64,000 nucleotides of DNA from an uncultured Pelagibacteraceae bacterium. GTDB lineage: Bacteria; Pseudomonadota; Alphaproteobacteria; Pelagibacterales; AG-422-B15. Each line of letters opens with the position of its first letter. Positions within the stretch are counted from its first letter, which is position 1. The notes under the pieces are model-generated. The model was not told the origin of the DNA. It did not search any database and worked only from the letters and a program-made list of their open reading frames with translations. Both the position numbers and the translations under genes were made by a program. Positions 1-9,982 of this stretch are shown here, one piece after another. The stretch spans positions 38,269 through 102,268 of the forward strand of contig CACMBZ010000003.1 of assembly GCA_902612095.1 (NCBI GenBank), written 5' to 3'.

Positions 1-260
1 ACTTCTCTTGAGAGATATTGCTTACAAGAATTTAATTTTAAAATAATTTCAGTTTCATCAATTTTTTTATGAGCAACTACATAAACATAAGCTATCTTTA
101 AATCAGAATTCATTTCAACTTTTATTACATTAATTGGAAACTCGAAAGGTATATCGAGTGGCAATTCATTTTTTACCAAAACTTCGCTTATAGCTTTTCT
201 AATAATCTCAGAAACTTTGTATGATCTATTGGTCTTTTCAGTTTTTCTTTTTAAGATCAC
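1..260 (-). CDS. rbfA: Ribosome-binding factor A (5' part only; runs off the window)
   Basis: Not in the ORF track. GTG at 260-258 overlaps the infB TGA. Manual translation begins MILKRKTEKTNRSYKVSEIIRKAISEVL...VEMNSDLKIAYVYV, which is RbfA-like. Canonical infB-rbfA order. Confidence 0.9.
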   Translation of the reverse strand, partial: MILKRKTEKTNRSYKVSEIIRKAISEVLVKNELPLDIPFEFPINVIKVEMNSDLKIAYVYVVAHKKIDETEIILKLNSCKQYLSRE

Positions 261-2659
261 AATGATTGTGCTATTTCTTCTATACTAAATGCTTCAATGA
301 AATCACCTACTTCGAAATCATTAAATTCTTTTATACTGATGCCACATTCTGTTCCAGATTTTACCTCATTGGCCTCATTTTTTTCTCTTTTTAAACTAAG
401 AATATCTCCATCATAAATTGTTTTTTCATTTCGTATTACTTTAACTTTTGCACCTTTGTTAATTGAACCTTCCACCACTCTACAGCCTGCGATTGCACCA
501 ATTTTTGAAACTTTAAAAATTTGCAAAATTTCAGCTTTACCAATGAAATTTTCCTTGATTGTAGGTTTTAATTTATCACTAGCAAAATTAGATACAAATT
601 CAATAAGCTCATAAATAATATTAAAGTTTTGAATCGAAAGATTGTTTGTTTTTGCTTTAGCCTTAGCTTCTTTCGTAGTGGTGGAATTGAATGATAACAA
701 TAATGCATTTGATGCTGATGCAAGAGCTACATCACTTTCATTAATGAAACCAACCCCAGAATGAATTACATTAATTATTATTTTATCACTTTTTATATTT
801 TCTAATTGATGAATTATAGCCTCTGACGAACCACGGGTATCAGCTTTAATTACAACTTCTAGTATTTCCTTACTATTTTCAAGTGAACCAAAGGCTAAGT
901 CATTATCTGTATTTTTAATTTTTTTAGGTAAAACTTTATTTTTCTTGATTTGACTTCTAATTTCACACAATTCTCTGGCTTTTTCATCACTTTCAACAGT
1001 TACAAAACTATCTCCAGCCTCAGGTGGCTCATTAAGACCCAATACTTGCACGGGCATTGATGAAACCGCCTCCATTAGATTTTGCCCTTTATCGTTCAGT
1101 ATTGCCCTAACTTTTCCATATTCACTTCCGGCAACAGCTATGTCACCTACTTTTAATTTTCCATTTGTCACTATAATATTACAAAGAGGTCCTCTTCCTT
1201 TATCGACATTTGCTTCAATTACTGTTGCTTCAGCAAAAGTTTCATTATTTGTTTTTAATTCTGAAAGCTCAGCCTGTAAGACAATAGCTTCAAGTAATTT
1301 GTCAATATTGCTACCTGTTTCAGCTGATACTTCAACCGATTGGATCTCACCTGATAAATCTTCAACTATTAAATCTTCTGACAGAAGTTCCTCTTTTATT
1401 TTTTTTGGATTTGATTCTGGTTTATCACATTTATTAATAGCAACAATAATAGGCACCTTAGCAGACTTTGCATGTGAGATGGCTTCTTTAGTTTGTGGCA
1501 TTACTCCATCATCAGCAGCAACTATTAAAACTACAATATCTGTTATGTTGGCACCTCGTGCACGCATATCTGTGAAAGCTGCATGTCCAGGAGTATCAAT
1601 AAAAGTAATTTTTTTACTATTATGTGTTACTTCATATGCGCCAATATGTTGAGTGATGCCTCCACTCTCCCCTGAGACAACATTTGAATTTCTAATTTTA
1701 TCCAATAAAGAAGTTTTTCCATGATCAACATGGCCCATTATAGTCACTATCGGTGACCTGATGTCATTTTTTTTCGCTTTTATATCTTTTGAAATAAGGT
1801 CTTTTTCAAGATCTTCTATATTTTCTCTTTTGAAGTTATGACCGAATTCTGTTACCAAAATTTCTGCAGTATCAGCATCAATTGATTCATTTATTGTGGC
1901 CATCATACCCATTTTCATTAATGATTTTATTAAGTCACCTGACTTTTCAGTCATTCTATTTGCTAATTCTTTTACAGTTATGAATTCAGGTATGTACACG
2001 TCTCTGACAAGTTTTTTTGCGGGCTCCTGCTCCGATTGAGATTTTTTGGTTTTTTGTTTTGCTCTTTTATAGGCCGCGAGGCTTCTTGTTCTTTCATCAA
2101 TGTCACTCAAAGCCGTAACAATAGTTACTTTTCTTTCTCTAATCTTCTTTCTACCAAATGTATTTTGAGTTTTCTTTCTATCTTCAGTTTCATTTAGTTT
2201 TTCAAAGTTTTTTTTCTTATCTGAGTCTCTTTTTAGATCTTTACCATCTAATATATCAATATTATTATTTTTATCCTCTATTAAGGAGGGGTTTTGTTTT
2301 TCTAGCTGATTAGAATATTTTCCAGATCTAATTTTATCTATCTCATCTTTTTTTTCTTTTTTACTATCAGCTTGAAGAATTCTTTTTTGTTCATCTTTTG
2401 ATAGTGGTTTAAGTACAACGCCAGATTTATTTGTGCTTTTTTCAAAATTTTCTTGAAAACTTTTTTCTATAGTGTTTTTCTTCTTTATACTTGGGATTTG
2501 AGATTGTGCTTCTGTGCCGATACTTCTTTTGTATCTCTTTTTTTCAACAATAACCGTTTTACCTGCTTCAATATTTCTTTTAGGTGCAATTAAGGGCTTG
2601 GTACCCAACTTTAAACTTAAGGTTTTGTTTTTTTTTGTTTTATTTTTGATATCTGTCAT
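257..2659 (-). CDS. infB: Translation initiation factor IF-2
   Basis: GHVDHGKT P-loop, GGITQHIGAY, DTPGHAAF and NKCD motifs; lies downstream of nusA. Confidence 0.99.
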   Translation of the reverse strand: MTDIKNKTKKNKTLSLKLGTKPLIAPKRNIEAGKTVIVEKKRYKRSIGTEAQSQIPSIKKKNTIEKSFQENFEKSTNKSGVVLKPLSKDEQKRILQADSKKEKKDEIDKIRSGKYSNQLEKQNPSLIEDKNNNIDILDGKDLKRDSDKKKNFEKLNETEDRKKTQNTFGRKKIRERKVTIVTALSDIDERTRSLAAYKRAKQKTKKSQSEQEPAKKLVRDVYIPEFITVKELANRMTEKSGDLIKSLMKMGMMATINESIDADTAEILVTEFGHNFKRENIEDLEKDLISKDIKAKKNDIRSPIVTIMGHVDHGKTSLLDKIRNSNVVSGESGGITQHIGAYEVTHNSKKITFIDTPGHAAFTDMRARGANITDIVVLIVAADDGVMPQTKEAISHAKSAKVPIIVAINKCDKPESNPKKIKEELLSEDLIVEDLSGEIQSVEVSAETGSNIDKLLEAIVLQAELSELKTNNETFAEATVIEANVDKGRGPLCNIIVTNGKLKVGDIAVAGSEYGKVRAILNDKGQNLMEAVSSMPVQVLGLNEPPEAGDSFVTVESDEKARELCEIRSQIKKNKVLPKKIKNTDNDLAFGSLENSKEILEVVIKADTRGSSEAIIHQLENIKSDKIIINVIHSGVGFINESDVALASASNALLLSFNSTTTKEAKAKAKTNNLSIQNFNIIYELIEFVSNFASDKLKPTIKENFIGKAEILQIFKVSKIGAIAGCRVVEGSINKGAKVKVIRNEKTIYDGDILSLKREKNEANEVKSGTECGISIKEFNDFEVGDFIEAFSIEEIAQSL

Positions 2660-2680
2660 TATAAAAATCTATAAATCAAA

Positions 2681-4216
2681 TTATTCAAGCCATGTTTTTC
2701 TGGCTTCCATGATTAGTTGATCACCTTCTTCTCGTGATAAATTAAACTCCTCTAATAATCCCGTTACTTTTGAATTTTTATCTCCTTTAACTTCCAGATA
2801 GCCAATTAGATCATCTGTTGTCAATCCGGCAAAGTCATCAAGTGTCTTAATATCATTCTCAGCTAACTTAACTACCATTGCTTTTGAAAGTAAATCAAAC
2901 TGAATTAAATCATTAGACACTTTCATGTCTTTGATTTTTGTTTGATTTTCATCATCTTTATCTGACAAAAATTTCTTTGCTCTGTCCATTAATTCTGTAG
3001 CAATTTCTTCATCAAAACCCTCAATAGATAATAATTCTGATTTATCCGTATCTATTACCTCTTCTACACTTCCGAACCCCTCACTTACAAGTAGCTGTGC
3101 AAGTGTTTCATCAACATCTAAAGATGAAACGAATATATCTGTTTTATTTGTAAAGTCCTCTTGTCGCTTAGATGACTCTTCATCTTCAGTTAATATATCG
3201 ATCTCATATCCGGTTAATTCAGTTGCAAGTTTAACATTTTGACCTCTTCTTCCTATAGCAAGGCTTAAATGTTCCTCAGATACTACAACTTCAATTTTGT
3301 TTTGGTCTTCATCAAGAACAACTTTTAAAACTTCAGCAGGGGAAAGTGAAGCGATTGCTAAATTTGCAACATTGTCAGACCAATTTATAATATCAATTTT
3401 CTCTCCTTGTAGCTCATTAACCACTGCTTGAACTCGACTACCTCTCATTCCGACGCACGCGCCAACAGGGTCGATTGAACCATCTTCTGTAAAAACTGCT
3501 ATTTTAGCTCTACTACCAGGATCACGTGCCACACTTTTAATGCTAATAATTCCATCGTAAATCTCTGGCACCTCTTGAGTAAATAATTTTGCCATAAATT
3601 GTGGATGGGATCTGGACAAGAATATTTGTGGTCCCTTTAGTTCTGCACGTACATCATAAATGTACGCTCTTACCCTATCGCCATTTCGCAAATTTTCTCT
3701 TGGAATAGTTTGATCTTTTCTAATGACTCCCTCAGCTTTACCAAGATCTAGTATAATATTTCCAAACTCTGTCCTTTTAACAATACCGTTTACAATTTCA
3801 CCAACCCTATCTTTATATTCGTTGTATTGTCTTTCTCTTTCCGCTTCACGAACTTTTGAATTTATCACTTGCTTCGCAGATTGTGCTGCTATTCTTCCAA
3901 AGTCTAGAGGAGGAAGTGGATCAAGCAGTTGATCTCCTATTTGAGCAGCTCCATTTATTTTTTTTGCAGCTTTAAGAGTAATTTCAAGAAATTTATTTTT
4001 AACATCGTCAACAACAAGCATTTTCCTTGATATTGAAATATCACCATTGTCCTGATTAATTTCTACTATAACTTCATTTTCTTCACCGTAATTACTCTTG
4101 GCTGCTTTAGCGATTGCCTCTTCTAAAGCTGCTATAACAATTGATTTATCAATCATTTTTTCTTGAGCAACAGCTTCAGCAATTCTTAGAATTTCAATTT
4201 TATTTGCACTTACCAT
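2681..4216 (-). CDS. nusA: Transcription termination/antitermination factor NusA
   Basis: FGRIAAQSAKQ, RDPGSRAKIAV and AIGRRGQNV motifs (S1/KH) plus C-terminal acidic repeats. Start moved to ATG 4216 because AAGGA (4226-4222) lies 5 nt upstream. Confidence 0.98.
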   Translation of the reverse strand: MVSANKIEILRIAEAVAQEKMIDKSIVIAALEEAIAKAAKSNYGEENEVIVEINQDNGDISISRKMLVVDDVKNKFLEITLKAAKKINGAAQIGDQLLDPLPPLDFGRIAAQSAKQVINSKVREAERERQYNEYKDRVGEIVNGIVKRTEFGNIILDLGKAEGVIRKDQTIPRENLRNGDRVRAYIYDVRAELKGPQIFLSRSHPQFMAKLFTQEVPEIYDGIISIKSVARDPGSRAKIAVFTEDGSIDPVGACVGMRGSRVQAVVNELQGEKIDIINWSDNVANLAIASLSPAEVLKVVLDEDQNKIEVVVSEEHLSLAIGRRGQNVKLATELTGYEIDILTEDEESSKRQEDFTNKTDIFVSSLDVDETLAQLLVSEGFGSVEEVIDTDKSELLSIEGFDEEIATELMDRAKKFLSDKDDENQTKIKDMKVSNDLIQFDLLSKAMVVKLAENDIKTLDDFAGLTTDDLIGYLEVKGDKNSKVTGLLEEFNLSREEGDQLIMEARKTWLE

Positions 4217-4232
4217 ATACATCCTTCAGCGT

Positions 4233-4260
4233 AAAAAAAAAGCGGGCTTAACCCACTTTT
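4233..4260 (-). terminator. Intrinsic terminator/attenuator in the nusA leader (rimP-leader-like)
   Basis: Minus strand reads AAAAGTGGG-TTAAG-CCCGC-TTTTTTTTT: a GC stem with a G-U pair followed by U9, ending just upstream of the nusA RBS. Confidence 0.8.
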
Positions 4261-4285
4261 GTTTGAATTAGCAATATTTTTTATT

Positions 4286-4314
4286 TCTATACACCTGTAA
4301 TATTAATAAATCAA
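4286..4314 (-). promoter_or_regulatory. Putative sigma70 promoter for nusA-infB-rbfA
   Basis: TTGATT-N17-TATAGA on the minus strand, upstream of the leader hairpin. Confidence 0.5.
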
Positions 4315-4334
4315 GTAAGTAAAAGTTAGTAATT

Positions 4335-5039
4335 TCAGAAAGTTAACAGATAGATTTTACCCCCATTTTCTATTGCTTTTCTCTGATATTTTGAGATCCC
4401 ATATAATTCATCGTTTTTACTAAGTATAGATGAACTAAATGTCCCAAAACTATCTTTATATTCGTTTAAGAGACTTAAAGTGTCTGTCAGATAATCTGGG
4501 GAATCAGTGGTCATATATATTGAATTTTTTGATTTTGTAATTTTTTTTAAAAGACTTAATATTTCGTAAGACATTAATCTTCTTTTATGATGTCTTTTCT
4601 TTACCCAGGGATCGGGGTTAATAAGAAAAATTTTATCAATGGATTTATGCGGCATTGTTTTTAAAAAATAAAAACTATTTAAATTGCTTAACATTATATT
4701 TTTTAACCCAAAATCTAAAATTGACTCAAGAACTTTTGCAATACCATTTAAATAAACTTCAACACCTATAAATAATTCATTTGGTCTAGAAATTGCATTT
4801 TTAATCAAAAACTCTCCATTTCCAAAACCAATTTCAATATTGGTTATGTCATAACGATCAGGTATGTCTATTTTTCTATTTATTTTATCGTTATTGAGAC
4901 ATTCGATTACATCCTGATCGAAAGAAAAATCATTATAAAACTTATTTATCAAGTTTTTTTTAGGTAAAGAAATTTTTTTGGATATTTTTCTTCCTTGAAA
5001 AGAATAATACTTAGGATATTTATTTTTCAATAAAAACAA
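4335..5039 (-). CDS. trmB: tRNA (guanine-N7)-methyltransferase
   Basis: EIGFGNGE SAM motif, PDPWVKKRHHKRRL and TD motif; metK-trmB synteny. Confidence 0.95.
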   Translation of the reverse strand: MFLLKNKYPKYYSFQGRKISKKISLPKKNLINKFYNDFSFDQDVIECLNNDKINRKIDIPDRYDITNIEIGFGNGEFLIKNAISRPNELFIGVEVYLNGIAKVLESILDFGLKNIMLSNLNSFYFLKTMPHKSIDKIFLINPDPWVKKRHHKRRLMSYEILSLLKKITKSKNSIYMTTDSPDYLTDTLSLLNEYKDSFGTFSSSILSKNDELYGISKYQRKAIENGGKIYLLTF

Positions 5040-5047
5040 GAACTTTT

Positions 5048-6205
5048 CTAAAGTTTTTTTGCTAGGTCAATATTTTCCCAAGAAAATGATCCATCACTCT
5101 CTGCTTCTCTTCCAAAATGACCATATGCTGCACTCTTTTTATAAATCGGTTTATGTAAATTAAGGTGATCCCTAATACCTCTAGGAGTAAGATCAATGTT
5201 AGATGTAATTTTTTTAATGAGATCTTCATCTGACATCTGAGAAGTTCCATGTGTATCTACATAGATTGAAAGTGGGTCTGAGACGCCAATTGCATACGCA
5301 AGTTGAAGAGTGCATTTATCTGCAATCCCAGATGCAACAACATTTTTGGCAATATATCTTGTAATATATGCTGCTGATCTATCAACCTTAGTAGGATCTT
5401 TTCCTGAAAATGCACCTCCACCATGTGGGGCCGCTCCACCGTAAGTATCAACTATTATTTTTCTTCCTGTCAGTCCCGTATCTCCATCTGGACCACCTAT
5501 TACAAACTTTCCAGTAGGATTAATTAGTATTTCAGTTTCATTACTAATCCACTCTTCAGGCATAATATTTTTAATTATCGGAATAATAATTTCACTCACT
5601 CCTCGTTGATCAAGATGTTCATCATGCTGTGTAGAAACTACTATTTTAGTACATTTCTCTGGTGAGTCATTATTATATTGAAGCGTAACTTGACTTTTAG
5701 AGTCGGGTTGTATTCCTGGTGTTTCGCCTTTTTTTCTTTTAACTGCCATTTCTTCTAAAATTTTATGTGAGTAGTATATTGGTGCAGGCATTAATGATGG
5801 TGTTTCTTTGCAAGCATAACCAAACATGATTCCTTGATCACCCGCACCTTGATCTTTATTTCCTGATGCATCAACTCCCATAGCTATATCAGCAGATTGA
5901 CTATGTACACCTGAACAGTCAAAAGAAAATTTTTCCCAGTGAAAACCTTCTTGTTCATATCCAATTTCTTTCACTGCATTTCTTGCAAGCGTCTCGTAAT
6001 CACACTTATAATTTTCTGGACCTCTTACTTCTCCAGCCATCACTACTTTATTTGTTGTTACTAACGTTTCCATTGCCACCCTAGAATTTTCAGGGTTTCC
6101 CTGAGACAGAAAATCGTCAACTACAGAATCTGAAATTATGTCACATACCTTATCTGGGTGACCTTCTGAAACTGACTCACTTGTAAAAAGATATTTGTTA
6201 CTCAT
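5048..6205 (-). CDS. metK: S-adenosylmethionine synthetase
   Basis: [19 protein letters not shown] and [16 protein letters not shown] signatures. Confidence 0.99.
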   Translation of the reverse strand: MSNKYLFTSESVSEGHPDKVCDIISDSVVDDFLSQGNPENSRVAMETLVTTNKVVMAGEVRGPENYKCDYETLARNAVKEIGYEQEGFHWEKFSFDCSGVHSQSADIAMGVDASGNKDQGAGDQGIMFGYACKETPSLMPAPIYYSHKILEEMAVKRKKGETPGIQPDSKSQVTLQYNNDSPEKCTKIVVSTQHDEHLDQRGVSEIIIPIIKNIMPEEWISNETEILINPTGKFVIGGPDGDTGLTGRKIIVDTYGGAAPHGGGAFSGKDPTKVDRSAAYITRYIAKNVVASGIADKCTLQLAYAIGVSDPLSIYVDTHGTSQMSDEDLIKKITSNIDLTPRGIRDHLNLHKPIYKKSAAYGHFGREAESDGSFSWENIDLAKKL

Positions 6206-6210
6206 ACATT

Positions 6211-7644
6211 TTAACTATCTTGTTTAAAGCGAATAGCATAGCCAATTATAAAAAATAAAACTATTAAAAAATATGCCAAGAGATTTCCATATTCTCTATA
6301 GACAGTAGTCTCCAATTTCTCAGGGATTTTCACATCTAAATAAGTAGTTTTACCAATATTTGTGACATTTAAAATTTCTCCAATTGGGCTTATTAAGCCT
6401 GAAAAACCTTTATTAGAAGATCTAACTAGAGGTATTCCGAGTTCAATTGATCTAAAGAGAGCGTGCGTGAAATGTTGTCGAGGGCCACTAAAGTTTCCAA
6501 ACCATCCATCATTACTTATATTTACTAATAAACTAGTGTTATTTGAAATACTATTACGAACGAAGTTTGGGAAAATCGCTTCATAACAAATAAGTGGTAA
6601 AATATTTGCCTTAAATACCTGGTCACTACTTCCCTTAGTCAATTCGTTTTCAAAAAACTTATTTTCACTAAATAAAATATTCATCAGACTTGATAATGGA
6701 AAATACTCTCCAAAAGGTACGAGAATTTTTTTATCGTAAGTAAACCCATTATAATTAATTGAATTATAAAATTTATTTTGATCTCTTCTAATATATCCAA
6801 CTAACCAGTTTTTTGGTCTACTTGGATCAAGTCCCAATGAGGTTTCAGGGAAAACTGAAATTAAGTTAGAAGACCCCATTGTTGCAGTATTTTCAATCGA
6901 TTTCTTCGTCCACTTATCTTTTTGATTAAAATATGTATGTATTATTCTTAATTCATTTTCTGAATAGATTGTTTGATTATTATTAATTCTATACGAACCG
7001 TATAAGTATAATAAAGCGAGAATTAAAATTGCAGTATATAAATAAAATTTATTTTTTATATCAGCAATGTAGCTAAATATACAAACTGAGCAAAATACAG
7101 TTATTAGTCCAAGTCCATAAATTCCAAAAATTGATGCTGATTGTGAGTAACTTAATGACCATGACCAACTATATCCAACTAGATTCCATGGCAGACCTGT
7201 AAATAATACACTTCTTAAAAATTCAAAAATTATCCATATTGAACTGAAATAAAATAATTTTGAGTTAGACTTGCTCCATATAACAGCATTGATAAGTTGC
7301 ATTACACCAAAAAAAATAGAGAGAGAAAGAGGAAAAAAAATTAAAATAATTGGGGCAACATAAGATAACTTTGCATCAAGTTCTATTATTGAGTTTGAAA
7401 CCCAATACATACCTAATAGAAAAAAACCAAAACCAAAGCAAATACCGTTAAAAAAAAAAATTTTATAATATCTTTTAAAATTTTCAAAAATATAGTTATT
7501 CATTAAAAAGTAAATTCCAATTGCAATTAAAGACAAGAATGGAACTTTGAATGGCTCAAAACTAAATGCTAAGAGTATTCCCAATAAGAAACAGGTGGCA
7601 TGTAAGTAAAATCTTCTAAGTGGAATAAATTCCAATAATTTCAT
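6211..7644 (-). CDS. lnt: Apolipoprotein N-acyltransferase
   Basis: Multi-TM N-terminus with TGLPW; nitrilase triad E (FPET), K ([10 protein letters not shown]), C (ICYE); NISNDGWF. Confidence 0.95.
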   Translation of the reverse strand: MKLLEFIPLRRFYLHATCFLLGILLAFSFEPFKVPFLSLIAIGIYFLMNNYIFENFKRYYKIFFFNGICFGFGFFLLGMYWVSNSIIELDAKLSYVAPIILIFFPLSLSIFFGVMQLINAVIWSKSNSKLFYFSSIWIIFEFLRSVLFTGLPWNLVGYSWSWSLSYSQSASIFGIYGLGLITVFCSVCIFSYIADIKNKFYLYTAILILALLYLYGSYRINNNQTIYSENELRIIHTYFNQKDKWTKKSIENTATMGSSNLISVFPETSLGLDPSRPKNWLVGYIRRDQNKFYNSINYNGFTYDKKILVPFGEYFPLSSLMNILFSENKFFENELTKGSSDQVFKANILPLICYEAIFPNFVRNSISNNTSLLVNISNDGWFGNFSGPRQHFTHALFRSIELGIPLVRSSNKGFSGLISPIGEILNVTNIGKTTYLDVKIPEKLETTVYREYGNLLAYFLIVLFFIIGYAIRFKQDS

Positions 7645-8480
7645 TATTTTTTAGGTGTTGTTACTTTAACGGATTTAATTTTCATTGGATCTGCATCTTT
7701 TATTTCAAAGGTCGTGCCTGAAGTGTGTTTTATAATTTCCCCTCTTTGCGGAACTCGACCAGTTAATGAGAAAATTAATCCTCCTAGTGTATCAACATCA
7801 TCATTATCATATGAATTCAAAAATTCGACATTGGTTACTTTTTGAAGTTCATGTATTTCAATTCTAGCACTAGCCTCAAAAGTATTGAGAGAGGATTTAA
7901 TGAGCATTGGCAAGTTTTTTTCGTCATGCTCATCTTCAATTTCACCAGTAATTTCCTCAATTACATCCTCAATTGTAACAAGACCATCAGTACAACCATA
8001 CTCATCTATGACAATACCCATATGTAATCTGGTTAACTGCATTTTTAACAATAAATCGAGCACTGGCATTGAAGGAGGGATTTCTAAAATCTCTCTTTTT
8101 AAATTTTGAAGAAAATTAGTTTCCGTTTTTTTTTGATTTTGGTAATTCACCAAATCCTTTATGTGAATCATGCCAATTATATTATCAAGATTTTTTTCAT
8201 ATATTGGTACCCTAGAGTGAGCTTCCTTTATAAAGACCTCAAGCACTTTTTCAAAGCTGTCGTTTAATTCTACTGCACCAATATCAGCCCTTGGTATCAT
8301 TATATCTGATGATCTGATGCCATCAATTTTTAAGATATTTAGAAGCATCAATCTTTCGTGCTTTGAAATTCCCTCAGTGCCTTTCAAGTCATTATCTAAA
8401 ACAGTTTCAATACTTTGTTTTAGATTGTTATTGTCAGTATTTTTCTTAAAAACAAATTTTTTAAATAATTCTCTGATCAT
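7644..8480 (-). CDS. corC: HlyC/CorC family CBS-domain protein
   Basis: MIPRADI, HSRVPIY and VIDEYG...GLVTIEDVIEEITGEIEDEHD motifs plus CorC domain; ybeY-corC-lnt synteny. Confidence 0.92.
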   Translation of the reverse strand: MIRELFKKFVFKKNTDNNNLKQSIETVLDNDLKGTEGISKHERLMLLNILKIDGIRSSDIMIPRADIGAVELNDSFEKVLEVFIKEAHSRVPIYEKNLDNIIGMIHIKDLVNYQNQKKTETNFLQNLKREILEIPPSMPVLDLLLKMQLTRLHMGIVIDEYGCTDGLVTIEDVIEEITGEIEDEHDEKNLPMLIKSSLNTFEASARIEIHELQKVTNVEFLNSYDNDDVDTLGGLIFSLTGRVPQRGEIIKHTSGTTFEIKDADPMKIKSVKVTTPKK

Positions 8481-8932
8481 GGTAAGTGCTTTATATTATC
8501 AAATATTATATTTTCGAACTTATTCATTCGCTTAAACTGTTTTTCGGTATTGTGATCATAACCTAACAGATGAAGCATCCCATGTATTGTCATCTTACAC
8601 AAATAGTCATACTTTTTAACTTTTTGTTCAATGGACTCTTCCAATAAAGTTTGATTTGATAAAACAATGTCACCTAAAAGGTGAATGCCATCTGAAGAAG
8701 ACTGCATTGGAAATGATAGAACATTTGTTGGTTTGTTTTTATTTCTATATTGATTATTGAGTTTTTTAATTTCTTTATTTGAGGTTAAAAAAATACTAAC
8801 GACAATATCTTCATCAATTTTTATATCCGTTTGCTTAAGTGTCTCATTTACAGCTTTTCCAATATATTTTTTGAAATGTGGAAAATGTTTTTTCCATCCT
8901 TTGTCCTCAATATTATAACTTATCTTTGTCAT
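8477..8932 (-). CDS. ybeY: rRNA maturation endonuclease YbeY
   Basis: YRNKNKPTNVLSFP and HGMLHLLGYDH motifs. Confidence 0.97.
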   Translation of the reverse strand: MTKISYNIEDKGWKKHFPHFKKYIGKAVNETLKQTDIKIDEDIVVSIFLTSNKEIKKLNNQYRNKNKPTNVLSFPMQSSSDGIHLLGDIVLSNQTLLEESIEQKVKKYDYLCKMTIHGMLHLLGYDHNTEKQFKRMNKFENIIFDNIKHLP

Positions 8933-8935
8933 TAA

Positions 8936-9982
8936 TTATGATTTTTGATCAAAGAGGTCTTTTATTCGGTCATCGTATGAGTCATAAGCATTAATAATTT
9001 TTGTGACCATCTCATCTCTAACAATATCTTTTGATCCTAGTTCAACAACTTCAATATTATCAATTTTTTCTAGGATTTTAATTGATTTTATTAACCCTGA
9101 GTTACTTTTTCTATTGAGGTCTATTTGAGATGGATCACCTGTAACTACCATTCTAGAATTTTTACCACACCTAGTTAAGAACATTTTTATTTGCGTATGT
9201 GTTGCATTCTGGGCTTCATCTAAGATGACAAATGAATTATTTAATGTCCTGCCTCTCATAAAAGCTAAAGGAGCTATTTCAATTTCAGCGGACTCAATTT
9301 TTCTTACCGCTATATCGGATGGCATAAGATCATAAAGACTGTCATACAATGGTCTCAGGTAAGGGTCTACCTTTTCTTTTAAATCACCAGGTAAGAAACC
9401 AAGTTTTTCTCCAGCTTCTACTGCTGGTCTAGATAAAATTATTCTGTCAAATTTATTATCTAATAATTGAGAAACTGCTGCTGCAACTGCTAAGAATGTT
9501 TTACCTGTTCCGGCTGGACCAACCGCAAAGACAATTTTCTTTTTCTGAAGAATATCTAAATAATGATTTTGCATTTTACTTTTACCAATAACATCAAGTT
9601 TTGCTGTCTTGGTGACTGTCAAGTTTCTTATTTTATCATTTTCATTTAAAAATTGCATTTTTAGATTCTCCTGCATTAAATTAATATTATTTCCTTTTCT
9701 GTTAGATTTTAAATCCTGTTGTGTTTTTAAAATTGCATTTCGCAAAATATTTCTGTATTTTTTCTCACCTTTAATATTTAGTTGATTTCCTTTTTGAAAG
9801 ACCTTAATGGGAAGCTGATCTTCAAAAAAATTTAAATTTTCATTGTTAACTCCAAATATCTCTACAACATCTAAGTTATCAATATTTATTATGGAAGATC
9901 CTGGTGTCAGGTCCTTTTGATTTTCGGATATAGGTTTTATTTGTTTATTTTTCAAATTAAGCGGATAATCAATTTTTAACAA
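8936..9982 (-). CDS. phoH: PhoH-like ATPase (YbeZ)
   Basis: GPAGTGKT, RPAVEAGEKLGFLPGD, MRGRTL and DEAQN motifs. Start uncertain (TTG). Confidence 0.95.
   Translation of the reverse strand: MLKIDYPLNLKNKQIKPISENQKDLTPGSSIINIDNLDVVEIFGVNNENLNFFEDQLPIKVFQKGNQLNIKGEKKYRNILRNAILKTQQDLKSNRKGNNINLMQENLKMQFLNENDKIRNLTVTKTAKLDVIGKSKMQNHYLDILQKKKIVFAVGPAGTGKTFLAVAAAVSQLLDNKFDRIILSRPAVEAGEKLGFLPGDLKEKVDPYLRPLYDSLYDLMPSDIAVRKIESAEIEIAPLAFMRGRTLNNSFVILDEAQNATHTQIKMFLTRCGKNSRMVVTGDPSQIDLNRKSNSGLIKSIKILEKIDNIEVVELGSKDIVRDEMVTKIINAYDSYDDRIKDLFDQKS

Noticed and set aside
1140-1652. 170-aa plus-strand ORF antisense to infB
   Set aside because: Ser/Ile-rich shadow frame of a highly conserved gene, with no motifs.
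6206-6210. SAM riboswitch upstream of metK
   Set aside because: Only 5 nt separate lnt and metK, so there is no room and no motif.
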